Shown in pieces: positions 48,308 to 57,570 of a DNA stretch of 64,000 nucleotides; positions within the stretch are counted from its first letter, which is position 1, and the number at the start of each line of letters is the position of its first letter. The notes below the pieces were generated by a model that ran no database searches, was not told where the DNA came from, and saw only the letters and a program-made list of their open reading frames with translations. This stretch comes from Nitrospinota bacterium (GTDB taxonomy: Bacteria > Nitrospinota > Nitrospinia > Nitrospinales > VA-1), in NCBI GenBank assembly GCA_009873655.1, contig WAIB01000002.1, forward strand, positions 56,413 to 120,412, in the 5' to 3' direction. The position numbers and the translations under genes were made by a program.

Positions 48308-48912
48308 ACGGGCAGTTCCCCCCCTTTTCCCGAGGCCAGCTTTTGCAGCTGGCTCCAGAGTTCTTTTCTCCCCAGATGATTTTTACTTGAATAGGTCACT
48401 GCCGCAATTGCATTCTCACCCATAAAAGCCGATTTAATTATTCTGGTTTGTTTGCTACGCTCCGTTCCGGATAACTTGTCGGATTTGGTAATTACCAGGA
48501 TGTAATTCCTGCCAAGCTCTTCTAGCCATTCCTTCAGGGTCAGGTCGAGTTCGGTTGGTTTTCGCCGAATATCGACCAGAAACACAATAGCCATCAAAGG
48601 CTCGCGGTGAATGAGATATTCCTCGATCATTTTTTTCCACTGTTTTTGAAGGGCCGGGGTGACCCTTGCAAACCCATAACCGGGAAGGTCTGCGAACATC
48701 AATTTTTCATTGATTCGGAAAAAATTTATTTCCCGGGTTTTTCCAGGACTTGAACTTACGCGAACCAGTTTTTTTCGATTTAAAAGAGATCGAATCAGGG
48801 AAGATTTTCCAACATTCGACCTTCCAACAAATGCAAATTCGGGGAGAGACCCCTTGGGGTATTGTTTCGACGAAACAGCACCGGTAACAAATTCCGTGTT
48901 AATAACTTTCAT
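48304..48912 (-). CDS. engB: Ribosome-biogenesis GTPase EngB/YihA
   Basis: G1 GRSNVGKSS, G3 DLPGYG, G4 TKSD. Typical length. Confidence 0.9.
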   Translation of the reverse strand: MKVINTEFVTGAVSSKQYPKGSLPEFAFVGRSNVGKSSLIRSLLNRKKLVRVSSSPGKTREINFFRINEKLMFADLPGYGFARVTPALQKQWKKMIEEYLIHREPLMAIVFLVDIRRKPTELDLTLKEWLEELGRNYILVITKSDKLSGTERSKQTRIIKSAFMGENAIAAVTYSSKNHLGRKELWSQLQKLASGKGGELPV

Positions 48913-48932
48913 GGCCTTATATTTTAAAACAG

Positions 48933-50228
48933 CTATTTTTCAAACTTGTTAATGACAAGACCCGACAATAGTTTTGGGTAAAAGAAGGTGGCTTTTTGGG
49001 GTAAGCGAATTCCCATACCTGCTAAACGGCGCACTTCTTTTATTTTGGTAGGATTCACAAAAAACGCAATATCGTATTTCCCGGAATCCACCATTTTCAT
49101 AGCTTCTTCAGGGTTGACCTTGTAGGAAACAAATTCCTGATTTTCTTTTTTCCGGGTATCAATTTTTAAAATCTCCCTGAAAATAATGGCGTGCAGTTGC
49201 ATGACATCTAAAACCTGTAGATCTTTTGGTTCATCACTATCTAAAAGGGGAAGAATGTTTTTGGGATCATTGGCGATCAATGTATAGGTTTTTCCATTAC
49301 CCATGTAGGCGCAAAAAGTGATGCAACCTTTGCCGAATTCAATTAAGCGGGTTTTAATTTCAGCTCCATTTACCTCTGTAGTCCAGGGAATGACATCGAA
49401 ATATTCGCTAAGGCGTTTTAGAAAAAATTCCTTGTCCAGGGGGACCGGGCTTTTTACAACCCTGTGGATCGGGAAAATGGACATGGAGCCCGAGTCCATA
49501 TTGGTTAAAAACATCATGACATGAGAACTGTCCGCTACCGTGTCCTCATTTTTTTTGGCAAAAGCCAGGGCCGTTTCATATCGATGGTGTCCGTCGGCAA
49601 TGTATATTTTTTTGTCGCGGATCAGTTCGCTGATTTTTTGATTTTTTTCAGCGTTATCCATTCGCCAGAGCTTGTGCAGCACAAGGCCATCGTCAATGGT
49701 ATGCAGGGGTTTTTTCTTTATAACTTCATTCAGGATAGAGTCGATTTCCTCCTCCGGATCGGAATATAAACCGAAGATAGGGCTGAAATTGGCATGGCAT
49801 GCATTTAGAAGCCGGGTTCGATCTGTTTTTGCTTTTGATAGGGTGAATTCATGGGGGCAGATATTTCCCTCGCTAAAGTCCTGCACTCCAACACGCGCGA
49901 AAAAGCCAATTCGGCAGAACTTATCGCCTTCAAACTCATATTCCTGGCTGTAAAGATAAAATCCGGTTTTTTCATCTTTCTTTAAAATTCCCTGGTCTGT
50001 CCAATCCTTAAAAACTTTCGCTGACCGGGTGTAGCGGTTATCGTTTTCCGAATCACTTTCGTATTCTTTTCCAAGTATCAACCGAACGACGTTGTAGGGA
50101 TTTTTCTCGTACAGGGCTTCTTGTTGGGCTGGAGATATTACATCATAAGGAGGCGCCGTTACTCCTTCGAGAGGGCCGGTAATGTCGAGATTGTATAAAA
50201 GGCCGTGAAAAGGAATAACTTCAATCAT
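48933..50228 (-). CDS. DUF1015 family protein
   Basis: The family-typical N-terminus (IPFHGLLYN...APPYDVIS) and ADGHHRYETA motif. Confidence 0.8.
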   Translation of the reverse strand: MIEVIPFHGLLYNLDITGPLEGVTAPPYDVISPAQQEALYEKNPYNVVRLILGKEYESDSENDNRYTRSAKVFKDWTDQGILKKDEKTGFYLYSQEYEFEGDKFCRIGFFARVGVQDFSEGNICPHEFTLSKAKTDRTRLLNACHANFSPIFGLYSDPEEEIDSILNEVIKKKPLHTIDDGLVLHKLWRMDNAEKNQKISELIRDKKIYIADGHHRYETALAFAKKNEDTVADSSHVMMFLTNMDSGSMSIFPIHRVVKSPVPLDKEFFLKRLSEYFDVIPWTTEVNGAEIKTRLIEFGKGCITFCAYMGNGKTYTLIANDPKNILPLLDSDEPKDLQVLDVMQLHAIIFREILKIDTRKKENQEFVSYKVNPEEAMKMVDSGKYDIAFFVNPTKIKEVRRLAGMGIRLPQKATFFYPKLLSGLVINKFEK

Positions 50229-50299
50229 GTTTGCTCGCTAACAGAATGTTTTAAACGGAAAATATTATAGCAAAAATGAACAGGCTTTATGGAAACGGG

Positions 50300-50779
50300 T
50301 TATAGAGCTTCACACTGGCACAATTCGCGAATATAGCGAACCAGTTCATGAATGGTCGAATCGCTCAAGGTGTTACCCCATGCGGGCATGCAGGGTGCCC
50401 TTCCCACCGATAGCCCTCCAAACTTAATGGCTTGAAAAAGCTGTTCATCCGTTCGGGTTTCCAGGTATTCGGCTTTGGTGTGATTCCGCGGGGGCACGGT
50501 CAGGAACTTTGCATTGATGCCATCGCCTTTACCTTTAATTCCATGGCATTGGGCACAATACCATTGGTAGGTCTCCCGTGTCTTTGCTGTCACTATTACT
50601 GGGGATACCTCTTCCTTTAAGGAAAGGGGTGGCGGCGACTCTGTTTTGAGCGGGGGAGGTGGAGGTTTTTCAGCCTGTTTTTCACCGCACCCGGATACCC
50701 CGATTGCGGTGATCAGGATTGCGTATTTAAAAACAGACAAGAGAGAAATTTTAGACATCAGCTTATCGAATGCCCTCAT
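50300..50779 (-). CDS. Monohaem class I cytochrome c, probable lipoprotein with a poly-Pro tether
   Basis: Lipobox VSGC, linker KPPPPPLKTESPPPLS, CAQCH, distal Met region PCMPAWG. An alternative start at 50758 (MSKISLL...) sits 13-14 nt after GAGGG. Confidence 0.8.
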   Translation of the reverse strand: MRAFDKLMSKISLLSVFKYAILITAIGVSGCGEKQAEKPPPPPLKTESPPPLSLKEEVSPVIVTAKTRETYQWYCAQCHGIKGKGDGINAKFLTVPPRNHTKAEYLETRTDEQLFQAIKFGGLSVGRAPCMPAWGNTLSDSTIHELVRYIRELCQCEAL

Positions 50780-51416
50780 TTTTTAGCGTCATAATGAACC
50801 GTGTGAACCGCAAACGTGTTTCATCATCCATTTTATAAACCGGCATCCGGCTTTTTTCGGAAAAGGTTTTCGGATTTTTAAGCCAGACCGCTACCCAATT
50901 CGCCTGCAACCGGTTTCCAGCATCGACCAGGGAGGGGCCTGAAATTCCGCCACGGGGTTTGCCTGCCAGGTTTAAGCTTTGATGGCAGGAAATGCAACTG
51001 AAGGTGCGTTCGAACTCATATTTGGTTTTTGCTTTTTGACCTTTGTTTAATGGATCGGGGAGTTCTTCTACCGGCAGATCCGGCAGTGTCATTTGCATTA
51101 ATTCCTGAGTGATCTTTCCCGCGTCTTCTTTGGAAAGTGAGGGATGATTGTTTTCGCGTTCCCCTTTCAGGAATCCGGGATTATGGATGGTACCCGCTTT
51201 TCGAAGGGTGACCGGGTTTTGAAGATATTTTTCCAACCAGGGGCTTTTAAATTTGTTGCCCGCATAAAACAGATCGGGTCCCTTTTTTTCATTTTCCTTT
51301 TTTGTTAAGCGGTGGCACGAGGCACATTTTTTTTCTTCGATTAAAGAAGCGTGGGAAAGCATGGGCGGGTAGAGAAACCATCCGCAAATTAAAATAAGAT
51401 ATAATTTTTTCATCAC
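50763..51416 (-). CDS. Dihaem cytochrome c
   Basis: Signal peptide, CASCH and CISCH. The start overlaps the stop of the upstream gene (ATGA). Confidence 0.85.
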   Translation of the reverse strand: MMKKLYLILICGWFLYPPMLSHASLIEEKKCASCHRLTKKENEKKGPDLFYAGNKFKSPWLEKYLQNPVTLRKAGTIHNPGFLKGERENNHPSLSKEDAGKITQELMQMTLPDLPVEELPDPLNKGQKAKTKYEFERTFSCISCHQSLNLAGKPRGGISGPSLVDAGNRLQANWVAVWLKNPKTFSEKSRMPVYKMDDETRLRFTRFIMTLKNEGIR

Positions 51417-54145
51417 GGGGCAGGTTCCTCGGGAACGGTAGAAGGTTCCGGAATTTTTTCCGTTTCCTGGAAAATGTCATAGAGAAACTCAATGATTCCC
51501 TCTTCTTTATTTTCCGGCGGTGGCTCTGCTGCCAAGTTGTTATCTTCTTCCGTCCTGATTTCCGGGGTTGGCTCAGGTGAAAAAACTTGTGGTGGCTCGG
51601 TTTTTGGTTGTTCCTTTTTTACAAACCGGTTTTTTTCTACATCATAAAAAAGGTCGTCGCGAGCCTGCGGTTTTCCTGAATTTAATTCGCGTACCCGATG
51701 CCTTGCGTCGTAAGGAAATTCACTGCGGCCTAGAAGCCTTGAAAAATTCAATTCCCGCAAATTTAAAGAGCGAAATGCCCGATAACGTTCCGTTTGTTCT
51801 TGAAGGGCGGTTATCTCTTCGATGTTGAGGAAACGCGATTCCCCCCTGGGAAAGGGAGTTTGTAATTCCCGCCCCTGGGAATCCATGCCCTGTTTGAGCT
51901 GGAAATCGGGATGTACCCTGGAATTTTGTTTCAATTCCGAGAAAAATAAATCGGCGTTCTGGATTGATTTTCGTAAAGGGTCACCGAGCCCGACGGATAA
52001 AGGGTTTTGATGACAGTCTTCACAGGAGCGCACGGTTTTTCGTATCGTATGAGGTGAATAATCTGTCCAGATCAATCCTGCGGATTCGTCCCGTGTTAAA
52101 GGTGTTTCTGCCCTTTTAAGGGGAACACCGGATGTTCCCGTCTGGTCGGTTATAAAATACTGGTAGCGAGGTTTAAGTATGGAATATTTCCCGCGTGAGT
52201 TTTTACCCATTATCAGTTCCGACCATCCTGATTCAGAAAAAACCGTCCACCAATATTCATTTATAGGTGTGCCCTCAATTTTTTTGGGAAGGGATTTTGC
52301 GGTTAACCAATCCAGCATGCCCTGATTTTCACCGGAGGTGTCAGCACGCAATGGTTCCGACAGGTTCCAGTTTTTCCATTTTTCAGGGGCGAAGCTTTTT
52401 TCCCTTATAACATGCATACCCCAGTCCGTCGCTGTCCATCGGGCATGACAGGCAGAGCATTCTATCTCTTTCATATGTTTTGGAATCTGGTGCGCGATGG
52501 AAGGCTTGAGGTTTTTTAGTAAGGGAATGATGTGCTTCTTTCCTGTCACTTTTGAATACAATGCCCAGTCATTTTTTATCTTTTTAATATGCAACATCGC
52601 TGAGCCGCTTGAATTGACCAGAACCGTGTCTCCTGCCTTGACTTTTTTCTTGAGATTGGGATTGAGGTTGTTGTGTGCCAACATTTTTTTAGTGTTCGGG
52701 TCTGACTCAATCAAAAGATATTCTTCGGGAAGGGTCCCATGGGTACCATGGCAATCCGTGCATCGGATCTGGGTTCCTGATTGAAGGTTTTCAGGTTCTG
52801 CATCCGGTTTCATTTCATCCCCAATATGACAGTCGATGCAATGCATCCCTTTTTCCCTATGGATGTCCGGAACTAGAAACTCGTGCTCTTTGCCATAGAG
52901 CACGGGTTTTTCCGAGTTTATTTGGGAATGTGTTTCCATAGGCCGTGATGGTTTTGCAAAAAGACCTTCGAATTCCTGTCCTACCCCGTTATTGTTATGG
53001 CAATGCTCGCATTGAACGCTGGGGACGGCGACGGTAAATTTATGAAGTAGGGGATAGCCACGCGGGTTGTCCAAAGAGTTTTCGGCGAATTTTCTGGAAA
53101 AGCGATCTTTTTTTCCCAGTTTCTTTTGTACTTTCTGAATGGCTCTATCGTGGGACAGGGAAATACCGTCGTTCGAGTAAATCATATGACAGGAAGAACA
53201 ACCGGAGGAGCGGTAGTCCCCCGGGCGATGTGGACTTTCAGACCCGATATGACATCGCAGGCATTTGGTTCGGAGAAATCCATCCACAGCATGGCCTTCC
53301 TTTGCCCCAGGCAAGGTTTGCTCGTCATCGTCTGGCTTTAAAGAGAAAGGAAGTTCATCATGAGGTTGGGCTCCCCAACCGTACCGGGTGATGTTGATGG
53401 TTCTTTTCGCGGTGGACATGAGGGAGCGTTCCACCTTCCTGACATGGTTTTCGTGGCATTTTCCACAAAACCGGGGAGCGTTTTTTGCGGAAGAGGGGTT
53501 GGCGACAAGTCCATTATGGGCTTTGGGTAAGGAATTGGACCGCCTGTTTCCCCCATGGCAGCGAACACATGAAAACCGATGGTTATTACTGATCCGTTCG
53601 ATTCCCTGATGGCAGGTATAACAGCCTCCCCGCCTTTCCAGGTATTCGATTTTTCCATAAACGTCCTTTAGGGAAAAATTGGATTCCTTGTAGAATTTTT
53701 CTATAAACTTGCTGGTATCTCCATAGGATTGAAACTGAACGCCATCCAAAGTAGTTCCGGGTTGCAGAACTTTTTCCGAATTTTCCTGGAACCCCCTGAC
53801 CCGGTAAAAAGGATCTTCGAAATCAGAAGCGTCAATTTGGACCTTGGGAAGGGAGGCGGGAATTTCCACCATTTCTTTTTTTTGCAGGTTTTTCTGGGGG
53901 TCCTGCGCGATTTCTGATTCTTCAATATCAGTTGTTTCTGGTTTGGACTCAGGTTTTAGAAAGAAGTCCAGTATTCCCGGCGATTCTTTTTCGGTTGAGT
54001 TTGAAATGGACTCATTTCCATTTTGCGAATCAAAAAAATCGGTAAACTCTCTTTCAGCAGGCACCTGACCTGAAGATTGGGTAAGGAAAGCGCCCAGACA
54101 CAATACTCCGGTAAGAATCAGCGATAGAATTATTCGTTTGTTCAC
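51413..54145 (-). CDS. Multihaem cytochrome c, 10 CxxCH motifs (910 aa)
   Basis: Signal peptide. CYTCH, CVRCH, CGKCH, CLRCH, CSSCH, CEHCH, CIDCH, CTDCH, CSACH, CEDCH. Acidic/Pro-rich N- and C-terminal segments. The start overlaps the stop of the upstream gene. Confidence 0.9.
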   Translation of the reverse strand: MNKRIILSLILTGVLCLGAFLTQSSGQVPAEREFTDFFDSQNGNESISNSTEKESPGILDFFLKPESKPETTDIEESEIAQDPQKNLQKKEMVEIPASLPKVQIDASDFEDPFYRVRGFQENSEKVLQPGTTLDGVQFQSYGDTSKFIEKFYKESNFSLKDVYGKIEYLERRGGCYTCHQGIERISNNHRFSCVRCHGGNRRSNSLPKAHNGLVANPSSAKNAPRFCGKCHENHVRKVERSLMSTAKRTINITRYGWGAQPHDELPFSLKPDDDEQTLPGAKEGHAVDGFLRTKCLRCHIGSESPHRPGDYRSSGCSSCHMIYSNDGISLSHDRAIQKVQKKLGKKDRFSRKFAENSLDNPRGYPLLHKFTVAVPSVQCEHCHNNNGVGQEFEGLFAKPSRPMETHSQINSEKPVLYGKEHEFLVPDIHREKGMHCIDCHIGDEMKPDAEPENLQSGTQIRCTDCHGTHGTLPEEYLLIESDPNTKKMLAHNNLNPNLKKKVKAGDTVLVNSSGSAMLHIKKIKNDWALYSKVTGKKHIIPLLKNLKPSIAHQIPKHMKEIECSACHARWTATDWGMHVIREKSFAPEKWKNWNLSEPLRADTSGENQGMLDWLTAKSLPKKIEGTPINEYWWTVFSESGWSELIMGKNSRGKYSILKPRYQYFITDQTGTSGVPLKRAETPLTRDESAGLIWTDYSPHTIRKTVRSCEDCHQNPLSVGLGDPLRKSIQNADLFFSELKQNSRVHPDFQLKQGMDSQGRELQTPFPRGESRFLNIEEITALQEQTERYRAFRSLNLRELNFSRLLGRSEFPYDARHRVRELNSGKPQARDDLFYDVEKNRFVKKEQPKTEPPQVFSPEPTPEIRTEEDNNLAAEPPPENKEEGIIEFLYDIFQETEKIPEPSTVPEEPAP

Positions 54146-56532
54146 GGTTGAGTAAGCCTTGAGTTTAAAATTTGTTTGCGCAGTTGCCGGTGCTCAAGCG
54201 TCCTTTCAAAAGCGTAGCTTTTATTAATATCCTTGTATATAGGATCGCCATACTGGTCGTGACAGGGAATGCAATTTCCAACCCTCAATATTCTTGTGAT
54301 TTCTTTTTGATTGAAGGGCCTTGCATTTACCTGGTGACTCCCGGCAAGAATTTCCCCTCGCATTGAGACTTTTGCTTGAGGATCAAAAGCAGATGCCTGG
54401 ACCTGTTTGTCTGAGCGATTTAAAGGAATGAGCAAATCATTTTTTCCGCTATTGTTTGCCCCGATTTTCAAGTCGCCTTTCCCTAATCCTAAAGTTTCGG
54501 GAGATAAATGGCAACTCTCGCAGGAACGAACCTGGGTTCCTGTTGAATGAGGGTTCAGTGAATAGGCCAAATTGGATCCCGATGAGCCATGCGGATTCGT
54601 AAACTGCCATTTTTTATATTTTCCCCGGTACTTACCCTCCGAACCCAGGGCAGGGACAGGATTGCCCTTCTCGTCAAGAAGCGAAAAATGTCTTTCAGGT
54701 TGCTCGAGCATAGGGGTGACTTTTCCCCGGGGTCCTATCATGAGCGCGGGTTGCTGGATTTTTATGGGGATCTTTTCTTCAAGATTTAATTCAACCTGTC
54801 CTATTTTCATGGTTGTATGGCAACCCTCGCATTTTACAACCCATTGGGAATGGCAGGCAGTGCACTCTAAACGGGATCGGTGCTGTGGGATAAAATGTGC
54901 CTGTTTGTCTCGGACAAGAGGAATATCATAAACCCGGCCACTCTTCTTTCCGACCACGACCATTTTCCCATCTTGCACTTTTACATTGGACAATCGTCTT
55001 TTTCTCTCGGAAACAGCCATCCAGTCTCCAACGGAATTGGGTGTGCCCTGATAATGTTTGCTGAGTCTGATAACCGCATCTTTGGAATCGGTTACCTTTG
55101 ATATCATCGGGTAGGAGTTGTCATCTCCGTGACAGGTTTCGCAACGAATTTCCACAGCTTGATGCTGTTTGGAATACAAATTTCCATCTCCCATGATATC
55201 CCTTTGCGTATGGCAGTCGATACAATCCATTCCGCGAGCGGTATGAATATCAATCCGGGCATTCCCCTTGCCGGCAAAAAGAGACAGCTCTTTTGCTCCA
55301 GCTGAAATTTTTTCTTCTTTTTCTGGTTTGTTGGCAACCGGTTCTTTCCGGGTTGGAGGATCCGGCTTAAATTCTTCATTCACTTGTTTCTGATCCCCTT
55401 CTATCTGGTTCGATACCATTTTTTCAGCAGGCGTCTCCGAGGGAAACTTTTCTGTTTCGAGGGGCGGGCTATTTTCTAATTCAGGTTCTTCTTCTCCATC
55501 ACCTGGAGTAGAAAAAATTTCTTTAACGGGCGAGGGCTCATTTCCTAAAGGTTGAATAGAGAAACCTTGATGACATTGCACACACATTTCCCGTTTTGGC
55601 AAGGCTTCAATTTTATGCCGTTTTGCATGTCCCGGCTGCGTTTTGGAAATAGTCGGATCGTCGCCTTCATAGAGACCCGTTTTCGAATAAGTAAAATGAC
55701 AGGCAGCGCAACCCTGAGACCGGTATTGGCCGGGAGGTGGGGGAGAGTCTATATGGCATTGAAAACATTTCTGGCGTAAAAGACGATCACTGGGATGTTT
55801 GGAAACCGGCTGAAGAGAATTTTTTTCTGATTCAGGGATATCCAGGATTGAAAAATAGGGCAGCTTTTCTAATTTATTCAAGGCTCCCCATTCATGAGGA
55901 ACCTTTCCATCCTGGTCGGAAATTTCCTTTGTCGCATAGCGTGCGGTCTTTTTATTCTGTCCAGCCCATTGATAGCGTAAGCCGGATATCATTCCGGCAA
56001 GGGTGTTCATCATGGACTTGTTGGACCGCTGAATATGGTTTCGGTCTTCACTAGCGTGGCCGGCATGGCAATAAAGTTGCCCGCAGGACTGCTCCACCAC
56101 ACTGAGACTCGATGGGTTCCGTTTTCCCGTTCCCGCCTTGGGATCAAAAATCAAAGTTGCATGGGCCTGGTCTTTGTTGATCGATTCGGGTTCGCCGCCA
56201 TGACACACGGTACAGCCAAATTCCAGCGGGTGGGATTCACTGGTTGGGGAAATCCCATCGTGGCAGGTTATACAGCGCTCGGAGGAACGGTTTCTATAGC
56301 CCGATACCTCCACCCAGGGGTAATCCGGCAAGGTTGCGGTGACCTGCACCTGCTTGACATGAGGCTCCCTGGTTCTCCAAAAATGAGCCTCTTCAGGGTT
56401 GGATGCCTTATCTATGTTTTCTTGAAAAAATTTTTGCTGCCAGAATATCCAGTCTTTTTCCTGAGCGTAAACAGAGCAGACCCCCATCAGGAATATCAAT
56501 AAAACCGTCAGCCCCTTTTTTAAAGTGAACAC
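54142..56532 (-). CDS. Multihaem cytochrome c, 11 CxxCH plus 1 CxxxxCH motifs (796 aa)
   Basis: Signal peptide (…CSVYA/QE). CITCH, CTVCH, CGQLYCH, CFQCH, CAACH, CVQCH, CIDCH, CETCH, CTACH, CEGCH, CESCH, CIPCH. The motif order parallels the 910-aa protein. Confidence 0.9.
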   Translation of the reverse strand: MFTLKKGLTVLLIFLMGVCSVYAQEKDWIFWQQKFFQENIDKASNPEEAHFWRTREPHVKQVQVTATLPDYPWVEVSGYRNRSSERCITCHDGISPTSESHPLEFGCTVCHGGEPESINKDQAHATLIFDPKAGTGKRNPSSLSVVEQSCGQLYCHAGHASEDRNHIQRSNKSMMNTLAGMISGLRYQWAGQNKKTARYATKEISDQDGKVPHEWGALNKLEKLPYFSILDIPESEKNSLQPVSKHPSDRLLRQKCFQCHIDSPPPPGQYRSQGCAACHFTYSKTGLYEGDDPTISKTQPGHAKRHKIEALPKREMCVQCHQGFSIQPLGNEPSPVKEIFSTPGDGEEEPELENSPPLETEKFPSETPAEKMVSNQIEGDQKQVNEEFKPDPPTRKEPVANKPEKEEKISAGAKELSLFAGKGNARIDIHTARGMDCIDCHTQRDIMGDGNLYSKQHQAVEIRCETCHGDDNSYPMISKVTDSKDAVIRLSKHYQGTPNSVGDWMAVSERKRRLSNVKVQDGKMVVVGKKSGRVYDIPLVRDKQAHFIPQHRSRLECTACHSQWVVKCEGCHTTMKIGQVELNLEEKIPIKIQQPALMIGPRGKVTPMLEQPERHFSLLDEKGNPVPALGSEGKYRGKYKKWQFTNPHGSSGSNLAYSLNPHSTGTQVRSCESCHLSPETLGLGKGDLKIGANNSGKNDLLIPLNRSDKQVQASAFDPQAKVSMRGEILAGSHQVNARPFNQKEITRILRVGNCIPCHDQYGDPIYKDINKSYAFERTLEHRQLRKQILNSRLTQP

Positions 56533-56583
56533 AGTAGGGAAGTGAGCGAGAAGTTAAGAAATCAACCGAACCGTACAAACGAA

Positions 56584-56892
56584 TCAGGTGGGTGAATCGT
56601 ATACAACAGAAACGTTCTTAAGATAACTTTTTAATTCATCAAGATGGTTTAGAATTTTATCCGGGGCTTTTTCCTTTGCTGCGAGCTCAATGGCAGCCCC
56701 AATCACACTAATTTCCATGAACCCATAACCGCCCCCCGAGCCTTTCATGGAATGGCCCAGGGTGCAAATTTTTTTTAAATCGGAATCTTTGAGTGCTGCG
56801 TCAATGGCTTTTATATCTTTTCGGCGGTTTTTTAAGTAGCCCGGGATTAACTCGCGTAAGTCAGGATCGACATGTGCGATAATTTTTTTCAC
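56584..56892 (-). CDS. Stand-alone histidine phosphotransfer (Hpt) domain protein
   Basis: HSMKGSGGGYGF matches the Hpt HxxKG(s/a)xxxxG motif inside a predicted four-helix-bundle-sized protein (102 aa). Confidence 0.7.
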   Translation of the reverse strand: MKKIIAHVDPDLRELIPGYLKNRRKDIKAIDAALKDSDLKKICTLGHSMKGSGGGYGFMEISVIGAAIELAAKEKAPDKILNHLDELKSYLKNVSVVYDSPT

Positions 56893-56991
56893 GGAGATTT
56901 TCCAAACAGTTTCAGCTGTTAACCGGATCTAAAATATTCCGCCCTTCTTGATATTTTTTCCTTTTACTTCAATTCAAGGTCAGCCAGGGAA

Positions 56992-57495
56992 TCAATAAAG
57001 AGGGTTATGAAAATAATACAGGGCATCATCCGCCGGGCCGATACTGTAATCGGGCAGACTGGAACAATGTTCAAGAGTTATTTTCCAACCGGAGCCTTCC
57101 TTAACGAAATTGTAATTGCAGACGTTGTGTTGCCGTTCGTCCGCGTGGCTGGATTTGGATGTGATGCTTATGATTTCATCCACCAATACATAACCCACTT
57201 TGTTCCCCGCATGGCCCGAGAGAACCTGGCGCTGTACTTCACATTTCACATCACGGAAATCAGACATCATTTGACGGTAGTCCCTCACCCTGTTTTCCAG
57301 CAGGGCACGCTTATCGTCCGCCATGATCACCAGGCCTTTACCATAGAAAGCGGGAAGTTTTTCAGGCGCCGTGCAAGCCAGTTTGTCCAGTTTGTTTAAG
57401 ATATTGGCATACACATCGGTTCCGGCAGCCAAGGCATTATTGCTTATTACCAGGGACAAAACCAATGCCATCCCGGTGATTATGAAACGCTTCAT
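56992..57495 (-). CDS. Secreted hypothetical protein, possibly NTF2/SnoaL-like fold
   Basis: The signal peptide starts at the internal Met (MKRFIITGMALVLSLVISNNALA), whereas the ORF track extends to 57546. The size and alpha+beta pattern suggest an NTF2-like fold, which is an inference only. Confidence 0.45.
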   Translation of the reverse strand: MKRFIITGMALVLSLVISNNALAAGTDVYANILNKLDKLACTAPEKLPAFYGKGLVIMADDKRALLENRVRDYRQMMSDFRDVKCEVQRQVLSGHAGNKVGYVLVDEIISITSKSSHADERQHNVCNYNFVKEGSGWKITLEHCSSLPDYSIGPADDALYYFHNPLY

Positions 57496-57570
57496 TTTAA
57501 AGTTTCTCCAGAAAAAAATTAAAAATGTCAAAATGTTCCAATTCAAACCGCCCAGGAAACGCAGAATGAA

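Noticed and set aside
56893-56991. Sigma54-like TGGCTG...TTGAA element upstream of the Hpt gene.
   Set aside because: The spacing between the GG and the putative GC/TTG element does not fit the TGGCAC-N5-TTGC geometry in any register.
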